Shown here: piece after piece, positions 9,328-17,508 of the stretch
Layout: the number at the start of each line of letters is the position of its first letter
How positions within the stretch are numbered: position 1 is the stretch's first letter
DNA from: a bacterium
Lineage (GTDB): Bacteria; Patescibacteriota; Minisyncoccia; Minisyncoccales; JAGGXC01
Reading direction: 5' to 3'
DNA length: 64,000 bases
NCBI GenBank assembly: GCA_021157625.1
Contig: JAGGWD010000015.1
Coordinates: 13,800 to 77,799 of the forward strand
Translations under genes and position numbers: made by a program
The notes under the pieces: generated by a model
What the model was told of the DNA's origin: nothing
What the model saw: the letters and a program-made list of their open reading frames with translations, nothing else
Databases searched by the model: none

Positions 9328-10608
9328 TTATTTTTTATCATTTCCTTTTTCTTCCTTTTGGTTTTTGTTTTCTTCATTTCCTTTTTCTTCCTTTTGGTTT
9401 TTGTTTTCTTCTGTGTCTTTTGCTTCTTCTTTTGCTTCTTCTTTTGCTTCTTCTTCGTTTCCTTGAGCTGTCTCAATGCTATCACCTTCTTGAGCTTGAA
9501 CATCTATTCTCCAACCGGTCAATTTTGCCGCTAATCGTACATTCTGACCATTCTTTCCAATGGCCAAGGATAATTGATCTTCAGGCACAATAACCTTGGC
9601 TTTATTCTTGGGTTCTATTTTCACCTCCAAGACTTTTGCAGGAGCTAGAGAATTAGCTATATATTTCTCTGGGTCTTCTGACCATTCAATAACATCTATC
9701 TTTTCTCCTCCTAGTTCATTAATCACTGCCATAACCCTTGTCCCTCGTTGACCAACTACAGAACCAATAGGATCAATCCCTTCAACAGTAGAAGTGACAG
9801 CAATCTTTGAACGAGAGCCCGGTTCCCTTGCTATAGATTTTATCACCACCTCTCCTGAGGCAATTTCTGGAACCTCCAATTCAAACAATTTTGAAATAAA
9901 TTTAGGATAAGCGCGGGAAAGAAAAACTAAAGGACCTTTCGGAGTTTTTTCTACTTTAAGAACGTAAGCCTTAAGCCTTTGAGAAACACGGTAAAACTCT
10001 CCCGGGGTCTGCTCAGCAGGAGGAAGAATGCCCAGAGTTCTTCCTAGATCTAGGTAAACATTTTTTCCTTCTATTCTCTGAACAATACCTGAAACTATCT
10101 CGCCTTCTTTCTTTTGAAATTCTTCAAAAATAGTCTCTCTTTCTGTCTCTTTAATTCTCTGCAAAATTACCTGTTTGGCAGTCTGAGCCGCAATTCTTCC
10201 ATAATCTTTTTCAGTCTTCAAAGGTATGTGGAGTTCTTCTCCTGCCTTTATTTTAGGATCTATTTTTCTGGCCTCTTCTATCATAATATGCCTTTCTGGA
10301 TTGAAACGCACTTTCTTTTTTTCCTTTAATTCCTCCTGCTTGGTCGAGTCTTTGGGCTTCTTTTTTAATTCTTCTATCTCTTTGTCGGTAAGCAACATAT
10401 CCTTATCAACTACTAATTTAACCTGCCAAAATTTAAGATCGCCGGTTTTGGGATTGAGTTTCGCCCGGATCTTTTGTCCCTTCTTTCCATAATCTTTTTT
10501 ATAAGCAGCGGCTATTGCTTGCTCGATAATCTCAATAACTTTCTCCTCAGGTATTCCTTTCTCTTCCGCAATTTGAGCAACAGCCGAACTGAATGTCTTC
10601 AAATCCAT
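9328..10608 (-). CDS. nusA: Transcription termination factor NusA
   Basis: GRIAAQTAKQVI, AREPGSRSKIAV, GEKIDVI, AIGKNGQNVRLAAKLTGW. Confidence 0.97.
   Translation of the reverse strand: MDLKTFSSAVAQIAEEKGIPEEKVIEIIEQAIAAAYKKDYGKKGQKIRAKLNPKTGDLKFWQVKLVVDKDMLLTDKEIEELKKKPKDSTKQEELKEKKKVRFNPERHIMIEEARKIDPKIKAGEELHIPLKTEKDYGRIAAQTAKQVILQRIKETERETIFEEFQKKEGEIVSGIVQRIEGKNVYLDLGRTLGILPPAEQTPGEFYRVSQRLKAYVLKVEKTPKGPLVFLSRAYPKFISKLFELEVPEIASGEVVIKSIAREPGSRSKIAVTSTVEGIDPIGSVVGQRGTRVMAVINELGGEKIDVIEWSEDPEKYIANSLAPAKVLEVKIEPKNKAKVIVPEDQLSLAIGKNGQNVRLAAKLTGWRIDVQAQEGDSIETAQGNEEEAKEEAKEEAKDTEENKNQKEEKGNEENKNQKEEKGNDKK
9339..9452. repeat. Tandem repeats in the nusA 3' tail (36 bp x2, 12 bp x3)
   Basis: Encode EENKNQKEEKGN twice and EEAK three times. 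Confidence 0.8.
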
Positions 10609-10640
10609 TTTATTCTTTAATATTTATTCCTTTATATTTT

Positions 10641-10700
10641 AAAAAAGGTCTCTTGAGACGACCTTTTAATTAAGTATAGGAAAAGGAGAAAAACTGTCAA
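10641..10700 (-). promoter_or_regulatory. nusA promoter plus leader terminator-like hairpin
   Basis: Minus strand reads TTGACA-N16-TATACT, then AAAAGGTC-GTCTCAAGA-GACCTTTTTT. Confidence 0.55.
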
Positions 10701-11104
10701 GAGTCAGAGATAGCATTTCTTATATGATGGATTTTTGCCTTTCTCTCCTTGAGAAATATCTCCACAGTTATAACATCTATTTGCCACTTAGTTTCCTGAG
10801 GATAAGCCTTCTCCAGAAGATAACTTTCTGAGGTTTTAATAATCTTTCTTTGTTTAAGAAAATTCACCTTATCCTCAGGAAAGAAAACCTTTTCTTCAGA
10901 ATCCTCAGAATTTTTACAGACCACGGTCTTTACTTCAACAAACAAAAGCGTATCTTCTTTTTGAGCTATAATATCTATCTCTCCTTGAATTGGCCCTGAA
11001 ATAAAATTGGGAGAATAATTCCTCTCCAAAATTTTGTATCCTCTCTTTTTAAGATATACAGCAGCAATCTCTTCTCCCAGCTTTCCTACTTGAGAAGAAT
11101 TCAT
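10697..11104 (-). CDS. yraN: YraN family nuclease (UPF0102)
   Basis: GKLGEEIAAVYL, GYKILERNY, GEIDII, LLFVEVKT. Confidence 0.92.
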   Translation of the reverse strand: MNSSQVGKLGEEIAAVYLKKRGYKILERNYSPNFISGPIQGEIDIIAQKEDTLLFVEVKTVVCKNSEDSEEKVFFPEDKVNFLKQRKIIKTSESYLLEKAYPQETKWQIDVITVEIFLKERKAKIHHIRNAISDS

Positions 11105-11259
11105 ATTACTGAGAATTGTACTTGATGTTATTCAACCATCTCGATATTAAAAATCCCAAAGCTCTCATTAAGCGATAGAGGTTTTCTCATTTTATTCGGC
11201 CGAATCTCTCTCTTTGGTAGAAATAACACAACTATTGAAATACCAATATGGAAGTTTTT

Positions 11260-11577
11260 CTAACCAATGAGTATCCAAGTTATAATAATGAAGAGATAAG
11301 AAAATACAGTAGAAGATCCCAGGAGAATTCCTAGAATAGCCAGTGATTCACCTTTTAACTCTCTTTTTTTGATATCGATTAAAGCTTTTATTCCAAGAAT
11401 AACCGCGATAAAGGGGACTATCAGAAGCGCCCCGATCATAATATCCATAAGAATCTCTTTTATAATTGGATTCATAGCCATGCCTACTATGGTATTATTT
11501 AGCCAAATAAAAAATACCAAGGTAGACAAAATACCCAAAAAGAAACTCCATATTGCAAAACCGCTAGTTTTAGACAT
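11260..11577 (-). CDS. Small membrane protein, DUF4190-like
   Basis: SGFAIWSFFLGILS...ILGIKALIDIKK...KGESLAILGILLG pattern. Confidence 0.65.
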   Translation of the reverse strand: MSKTSGFAIWSFFLGILSTLVFFIWLNNTIVGMAMNPIIKEILMDIMIGALLIVPFIAVILGIKALIDIKKRELKGESLAILGILLGSSTVFSYLFIIITWILIG

Positions 11578-11718
11578 GTTTCAAAATATTTTGAGATCTT
11601 TTGACCTTTAATCAAGAGTGTTAGAGAAAGTGTAAACAGACAGCTTTTATCAACTCCTGTATCAAACTAAAACTTGGTGAACCCATTATTCTTATCAGCT
11701 GTTCGAACTTGTCCTTTT

Positions 11719-11792
11719 TGGTGGACCTGATGGGAGTCGAACCCATGTCTTCCCGATGCGAACGGGATGCTCTACCGTTGAGCTACAGGCCC
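11719..11792 (-). tRNA. tRNA-Ala(CGC), CCA encoded
   Basis: Reverse complement GGGCCTG...TCCCG-TTCGCAT-CGGGA...CAGGTCC-A-CCA; G3:U70 alanine identity pair. Confidence 0.93.
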
Positions 11793-12244
11793 TTTTTTCT
11801 TTTGAAACAAAACCTTAGCATTTTAGAAAATCTTGTAGAAAGAAAAACTGCTCCTACTTCTAAAGCAGTAGTATGAACTTCGGCAAGGGTATTTAAAGGA
11901 TGACCTTCTTCTGAGAAGGAAAAATACCCTTTAGTAATAAAATTTATGAAAGAAAGAGAGACGGCAAAAATAATCCATGCATACAAGAACCATTCTCCTT
12001 TTCTCTCTTTTTCTTTCTCTCCCATCCATCTTAACATCTCTTTATGAAGAGAATAGATAAGAAGAACTCCTACATAAAAAATGTTCATCTGGCTTGGTGG
12101 GAAATTGCCTCTTGTAAAAAATTCTATTGCAATAGTTCCCATTAATAGAAATGTCGTTAGAGAACATATAAGAAAAAGTTTTGCGTTAACCGCTTTTTCT
12201 ATTTTCCTTATCTCATTCATCTTGCTAAGCTCTTTTTCTTTCAT
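11783..12244 (-). CDS. Hypothetical membrane protein (about 4 TM) between two tRNAs
   Basis: Start moved to ATG 12244 because the longer ORF call runs through tRNA-Pro; hydrophobic segments present. Confidence 0.7.
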   Translation of the reverse strand: MKEKELSKMNEIRKIEKAVNAKLFLICSLTTFLLMGTIAIEFFTRGNFPPSQMNIFYVGVLLIYSLHKEMLRWMGEKEKERKGEWFLYAWIIFAVSLSFINFITKGYFSFSEEGHPLNTLAEVHTTALEVGAVFLSTRFSKMLRFCFKRKKGL

Positions 12245-12250
12245 ATTTTT

Positions 12251-12321
12251 TCGGGATACCCAGATTCGAACTGGGGCTACACCCTCCCGAAGGGTGCGTG
12301 CTACCACTACACCATATCCCG
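12251..12321 (-). tRNA. tRNA-Pro(CGG), CCA not encoded
   Basis: Reverse complement CGGGATA...CACCC-TTCGGGA-GGGTG...TTCGAAT...TATCCCG-A. Confidence 0.93.
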
Positions 12322-13785
12322 TCAAGCAACCCAATATTTTTCTTTTGTCATTTTATCTTTTTTGATAATGACTTCGTTTATTTTCTTTTTGGCTTCCAGC
12401 GATTCTTTTTTCAAAGTCTCTTGGTCCAACTTTCCTAATTCTTTTACTCTCTTCAAAAGGTATTCTTTTTCATTTCTTGAAGGATCATCCAAAACCTCTC
12501 CTAAAAGAATTTGAAGTATCTGTCCAATCATAGGGCCGGGAGGAATTTTAAGAGTCTGCATTATTTCATTTCCTCCTATCTTGAGCATTTTTACATCAAT
12601 AGGGTCTTGAGAAACCTTATCAACCACATAAAGGAAATGTCTTAATTTATAAGGTAGAGCTTTAGGACATCCAGAACCAATACGATCACACATTCTTACT
12701 TGAACAAGCTCTTTTATGTTCTCTTTCCCAACTCTACGCAACAACCTTCTTACAGAAGATTCTCCTACCTCACCTACATTATAATAAAACAAGTGATATC
12801 TTACTAACTTAACAATTTTTTCTATATCTTTTTTGGGAAATCTAAGACGTTCTAAAATCTCGCGAGTCATCCTGGCTCCTACTATTTCATGATTGTAAAA
12901 AGTTGCATCCGGCCCTTCTCCTTTCTTTACCCTAGGTTTTGCAATATCGTGCAATAAAGCAGCTAATCGCACATATTTGTTGAAATTCCTTTTAGCAGCA
13001 TAATCCAAAGATCGAAGAGAATGCTCATAAACATCATAAATGTGGTGTTTGTTTTGAGTAACTCCATATCCTTCTTCTAACTCAGGTATAATATACCTAA
13101 GAAGTCCTAGTTTTCTTAGCAATTCTACTCCTTGTGCCGCATTCTCTGACATAATGATTTTCATAAATTCATCTCTGATTCTCTCTTTAGAAATAACCTT
13201 AAGCCATGAGGCGTTTTTTTTAATCGCCAAAAATGTATCTTTTTCTATCTCAAAACCAAGAATAGTAGCAAAACGCGCTGCTCTCATCATTCGTAAAGCA
13301 TCTTCGGAAAACCTCTCTTGAGGATCTCCCACTGCTCGAATAATTTTTTCCTTCAAATCTTTTTGCCCAAAAAACGGATCTATTATCTCTAATGCTTTTT
13401 TCTTTTCTAATATTCGAGCAGCCATTGCATTAATAGTGAAATCGCGTCTGGCTAAATCCTCTCTAATTGTCTTTGCCCAATGTACCTTATCTGGATGACG
13501 CTTATCAGTGTACTTTTCATCAATTCTATAAGGTGTAATTTCAACTTCTTTTAGAGTAGGATCAGAGGATCCAGTTAAAACAGTGACTGTTCCAAACTTG
13601 TTGTCAATATAGCTTTTAGGAAAAACTTTCCTGATCTGCTCAGGTTTAGCATTGGTTGCTACATCCCAATCTTTTGGTTTGGTTCCTCTCAATAAATCTC
13701 GCACACATCCTCCTACAATAAAAGCTTCGAAACCTGCTTTTTCAAGCTTGTTTATGATAGAGTTGACTTCCTGAGGAATTTCCAT
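12322..13785 (-). CDS. cca: CCA-adding tRNA nucleotidyltransferase with HD domain
   Basis: VGGCVRD, DWDVAT, DLARRDFTINAMA, EDALR, LLHDIAK. Confidence 0.92.
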   Translation of the reverse strand: MEIPQEVNSIINKLEKAGFEAFIVGGCVRDLLRGTKPKDWDVATNAKPEQIRKVFPKSYIDNKFGTVTVLTGSSDPTLKEVEITPYRIDEKYTDKRHPDKVHWAKTIREDLARRDFTINAMAARILEKKKALEIIDPFFGQKDLKEKIIRAVGDPQERFSEDALRMMRAARFATILGFEIEKDTFLAIKKNASWLKVISKERIRDEFMKIIMSENAAQGVELLRKLGLLRYIIPELEEGYGVTQNKHHIYDVYEHSLRSLDYAAKRNFNKYVRLAALLHDIAKPRVKKGEGPDATFYNHEIVGARMTREILERLRFPKKDIEKIVKLVRYHLFYYNVGEVGESSVRRLLRRVGKENIKELVQVRMCDRIGSGCPKALPYKLRHFLYVVDKVSQDPIDVKMLKIGGNEIMQTLKIPPGPMIGQILQILLGEVLDDPSRNEKEYLLKRVKELGKLDQETLKKESLEAKKKINEVIIKKDKMTKEKYWVA

Positions 13786-13844
13786 TATACCTTATCTTAG
13801 CCAAGAAGCTTGTTTTTTTCAACATTTTTGATAAAATACAGAAA

Positions 13845-13916
13845 GCCCTCGTAGTTGAATGGATACAACGACGGTCTTCGGAACCGTAGGTCCCCGTTCG
13901 AGTCGGGGCGAGGGCA
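13845..13916 (+). tRNA. tRNA-Arg(TCG), CCA not encoded
   Basis: GCCCTCG/CGAGGGC acceptor, ACGGT-CTTCGGA-ACCGT anticodon arm, TTCGAGT T-loop. Confidence 0.92.
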
Positions 13917-13927
13917 TTATATCAATT

Positions 13928-14458
13928 ATGAAAAAAATATTTCTTATATTCTTTATAATCTTCTTACTTTCTCCTTTGTTTGCCCTGGCAGAAGCGAAAA
14001 CTTATTCTATAACAGTAAAGCCGGCCGGAACTAGTCATACAGTAACCTATGAGGGTTTTGTTCCTTGCGGAAGATGTCTTGTTACCACTCCTCCTATATT
14101 GGGATTAAGCCCATGCGAAGGGACAGCAAATCAATATTTTATTCCTTGCCAGCCCTGTCACATTTTTATCATGATTGACTCGATAATTGATTTTATTCTC
14201 TTGACAATTGTCCCTCCTATTGCCACAATCATCTTTATAGCAGGTGGAGTTTCCTTCTATTTAGCAGGAGCAAATCCTGGACAGTTCCAGAAAGCAAAAT
14301 CTGTTTTGACAGCAGCAATTATTGGAGTTGTTATTATTTATACTTCGTGGATTATAGTAAACACCACACTCACTGCAGTAGGGGTGGCAGATTGGGTCGG
14401 TTTCGGTAAAGGATGGTTTGAGATAAAATGTCCTGTAGTATTAGAAGTATCCCCATGA
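13928..14458 (+). CDS. VirB2/TrbC-like CPR pilin with signal peptide and Cys-rich N-domain
   Basis: Start MKKIFL after tRNA-Arg; GFVPCG...CQPCH, then two TM helices linked by AGANPGQFQKAK. Confidence 0.75.
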   Translation: MKKIFLIFFIIFLLSPLFALAEAKTYSITVKPAGTSHTVTYEGFVPCGRCLVTTPPILGLSPCEGTANQYFIPCQPCHIFIMIDSIIDFILLTIVPPIATIIFIAGGVSFYLAGANPGQFQKAKSVLTAAIIGVVIIYTSWIIVNTTLTAVGVADWVGFGKGWFEIKCPVVLEVSP

Positions 14459-14470
14459 TATAAAAATTCT

Positions 14471-14543
14471 GCGTCCATAGCTCAATTGGTAGAGCAGGGG
14501 CCTCTTAAGCCCAAGGTTGCAGGTTCGACTCCTGCTGGACGCA
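14471..14543 (+). tRNA. tRNA-Lys(CTT), CCA not encoded
   Basis: GCGTCCA/TGGACGC acceptor, GGGC-CTCTTAA-GCCC anticodon arm, TTCGACT. Confidence 0.93.
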
Positions 14544-14597
14544 CAGAAAAACAGATCTTTTCTGTTTTTTAATTTTAATGTAAAATAATAAAACAAT

Positions 14598-14864
14598 ATG
14601 CTTACTCCAGAGAAAAAAGAAGAAATAATTAAAAAATATAAAATTCATGACACCGATACTGGATCTCCTGAGGTCCAGATTGCTTTGCTTTCTGAGGAAA
14701 TCAAACAACTTTTGGAACATCTAAAGAAACATCCAAAAGATCTTCATTCCAAAAGAGGGCTACTTCGTATGGTTTCAAAAAGAAAAGCTCTTCTGGATTA
14801 TCTAAAACAAAAAGATCAAAAAAGATATAAGACCCTAATTAAAAAAATCGGACTCAAAAAATAG
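14598..14864 (+). CDS. rpsO: 30S ribosomal protein S15
   Basis: [23 protein letters not shown]. Confidence 0.97.
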   Translation: MLTPEKKEEIIKKYKIHDTDTGSPEVQIALLSEEIKQLLEHLKKHPKDLHSKRGLLRMVSKRKALLDYLKQKDQKRYKTLIKKIGLKK

Positions 14865-14868
14865 AGGT

Positions 14869-15387
14869 ATGATTTCTGTCACGAGACATAAAGAGCAAAG
14901 AATCGGCGTACTGATAGATGTTCAGAATCTTTATCATTCAGCAAAAAATCTCTACGGAGCAAAAGTTAATTTTGGAGAAGTTCTCAAAACAGCCGTTTCA
15001 GGACGAAAACTCATTAGGGCTTTTGCTTATGTAGTCCGAACTAAAACAGGAGAAGAAAGACCATTCTTTGAAGCTCTCACTAAACTAGGCATAGAGACAA
15101 GAGTAAGAGATCTTCAAGAATTTTACGGAGGAATGAAAAAGGCAGACTGGGACGTAGGTATAGTCATTGACGCTATAAGAACAGCTCCTAGCTTGGATGT
15201 AATAGTGCTTTGCTCAGGAGATGGTGATTTTATTCCTCTTGTAGAATATCTAAAAAATCAAGGCAAAAGAGTAGAAATTATTGCTTTTGGAAAGACTACC
15301 TCTTCCAAACTAAGAGAAATCAGCGATGAATTTATAGATTTAGACAAAAATCCTTCTAAATATCTTCTAAAGAAAAAATCAAAATAA
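14869..15387 (+). CDS. NYN domain protein (LabA/DUF88 family)
   Basis: IDVQNLY, KADWDVGIVID, SGDGDF, DEFIDL. Confidence 0.9.
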   Translation: MISVTRHKEQRIGVLIDVQNLYHSAKNLYGAKVNFGEVLKTAVSGRKLIRAFAYVVRTKTGEERPFFEALTKLGIETRVRDLQEFYGGMKKADWDVGIVIDAIRTAPSLDVIVLCSGDGDFIPLVEYLKNQGKRVEIIAFGKTTSSKLREISDEFIDLDKNPSKYLLKKKSK

Positions 15388-17508
15388 ATGGAGACAAAAG
15401 AATTTAGGCTAAAGGTAGGAAATAAAGATCTAATAGTAGAAGTTAAAAACTTAGCTGAAAGAGCAAATGGAGAAATTCTGGTTCGTTACGGAGACACTCT
15501 TGTCTTAGCTACCTGTGTAATGAGCCAGGAAGAATCAAAAGAAACTGGCTTTTTTCCTCTAAGCGTGAATTACGAAGAGAGATATTATGCTGCTGGAAAA
15601 ATCAGAGGACCAAAATATATCAAACGCGAAGGAAAACCATCTGATGAAGCAGTTATAAACTCAAGATTAATCGACAGAGCCATTCGGCCTCAATTCCCTA
15701 AAGATCTTCACAGAGAAGTACAAGTAATTGTTACATGTCTTTCTTGGGATAGCGAAAACGATGCAGATGTCTTAGGAGTTAATGCAGCATCAATTGCTCT
15801 TTCTCTATCAGATATTCCTTGGAAAGGACCAGTAGCAAGCGTCAGAATAGGTAGAGTAAATGGAAATTTTGTAGTAAATCCTACCTATAGTCAAAGAGAC
15901 GAATCAGATCTGGATCTTGTATGCTCAGGGATAGAAGAAAACGGTGAAATTCTAATAAACATGATCGAATGTGGGGCTGAAGAGGTTGAAGAAGAAACAA
16001 TTCTCGAAGCTTTTTCATTTAGTAAGAAATATCTAAAGGAAATAATTGATTTTCAAAAAAGAATAAAAAACCTTTTAGGAAAAGAGAAAGTCGTAATTGA
16101 GCCCTTCAAGGATACAGGAATAGAAAAAGAAGTAAGAAAATGGCTACAGGATAAATTAGAAAAGGCTATTTTTTCAGAAGAGAGTAATCATCCAAAAACC
16201 TTGGATGATCTTAGAAGAGATTTCTTACATTTCTTTGAGACAAAATATACCGACATTCAAGAACTCAGATTTGTCTTAGAGAGCTTTGAAAAGGAAATAA
16301 GAAACTTAGTCCACAGAAAGATTATCGAAGAAGAAAAAAGACCAGATGGAAGAAAGCTAGACCAAATAAGACCCATGGAAGCAGCGGTAGCGCTTGTTCC
16401 TCGAAGCCACGGCTCTGGATTTTTCTCTCGTGGGAAAACAAAGGCTCTCTCAATTCTGACCCTAGGAGCACCAGGTGATCAACAGATTATAGAAGGAATG
16501 GAAATTGTAGGAAAGAAAAGATTTATGCATCATTATAATTTTCCTCCTTATTGTGCAGGCGAGATAAAACCATTAAGAGGACCAGGGAGAAGAGAAATAG
16601 GACACGGAATGCTTGTAGAAAAAGCTCTCTCACCCCTAATCCCTTCCTCTGAGGAGTTTCCTTATACCATAAGAATAGTCTCAGAAATACTTTCCTCAAA
16701 TGGATCAACATCTATGGCCTCGGTTTGCTCATCCTCTCTAGCTTTAATGGATGGCGGAGTGCCTATTTCAAGACCTGCTGCAGGAATTGCTATAGGATTG
16801 ATGATGGAAAATCAACAAAAATATAAAATTCTCACAGATATCCAAGGCGTAGAAGATCATCATGGAGACATGGATTTTAAAGTAGCAGGTACAGAAAAAG
16901 GAATAACTGCAATACAGATGGATGTAAAAATTCCAGGAATCGGGGACCAAATTTTAAGAGAATCATTGATGAGAGCAAAGAAAGCAAGATTAGAAATTCT
17001 AGAGAAAATGAAACAGGTTCTTTCTTGTCCTCGACTCCATCTCTCTCCCTGGGCGCCGCGGATTTACACTCTTAAGATTAACCCAGAAAAAATTGGAGAA
17101 CTTATCGGCACAGGCGGAAAGACTATTAGAAAAATAACTGAAGATTTTGAAGTAGTAATTGATATTGAAGAAGACGGAAAAATATTTGTCACTGCACAAA
17201 AAGAAGAAAACGCCAAGAAAGCTATTGCATTAATAAAGAATATTACCCGAGAGGTAAAAGTGGGAGAAATATTTCAAGGCAAAGTCACAAAAATCTTTGA
17301 CTTCGGTACTATGGTTGAATTTCTGCCAGGCAGAGAAGGGCTCATACATTCTTCTCGTTTAAGAAGAAGATTAAAACCTGGCGAAACAGTTATGGTAAGG
17401 GTAGCTGAAATAGATCCTCAAGGAAGAATTAATCTTTCTCTCTTCAGACAAAAAAAGATAACCCCAACAAGAAGTAAATATGGCCCAAAAAGAAGACAAA
17501 GGAGATAG
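15388..17508 (+). CDS. pnp: Polyribonucleotide nucleotidyltransferase (PNPase)
   Basis: Two RNase PH domains (RLIDRAIRP, RREIGHG, SNGSTSMAS, GDMDFKVAG), KH and S1 domains. Confidence 0.97.
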   Translation: METKEFRLKVGNKDLIVEVKNLAERANGEILVRYGDTLVLATCVMSQEESKETGFFPLSVNYEERYYAAGKIRGPKYIKREGKPSDEAVINSRLIDRAIRPQFPKDLHREVQVIVTCLSWDSENDADVLGVNAASIALSLSDIPWKGPVASVRIGRVNGNFVVNPTYSQRDESDLDLVCSGIEENGEILINMIECGAEEVEEETILEAFSFSKKYLKEIIDFQKRIKNLLGKEKVVIEPFKDTGIEKEVRKWLQDKLEKAIFSEESNHPKTLDDLRRDFLHFFETKYTDIQELRFVLESFEKEIRNLVHRKIIEEEKRPDGRKLDQIRPMEAAVALVPRSHGSGFFSRGKTKALSILTLGAPGDQQIIEGMEIVGKKRFMHHYNFPPYCAGEIKPLRGPGRREIGHGMLVEKALSPLIPSSEEFPYTIRIVSEILSSNGSTSMASVCSSSLALMDGGVPISRPAAGIAIGLMMENQQKYKILTDIQGVEDHHGDMDFKVAGTEKGITAIQMDVKIPGIGDQILRESLMRAKKARLEILEKMKQVLSCPRLHLSPWAPRIYTLKINPEKIGELIGTGGKTIRKITEDFEVVIDIEEDGKIFVTAQKEENAKKAIALIKNITREVKVGEIFQGKVTKIFDFGTMVEFLPGREGLIHSSRLRRRLKPGETVMVRVAEIDPQGRINLSLFRQKKITPTRSKYGPKRRQRR

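Noticed and set aside
9306-9503. Lys-rich 65-aa ORF
   Set aside because: It is an alternative frame of the repetitive nusA tail.
13859-13927. N-terminal extensions of ORFs 13859 and 12334
   Set aside because: Both run through tRNA genes; downstream ATGs at 13928 and 12244 are better starts.
14505-14720. 71-aa minus-strand ORF
   Set aside because: It is antisense to rpsO and tRNA-Lys.
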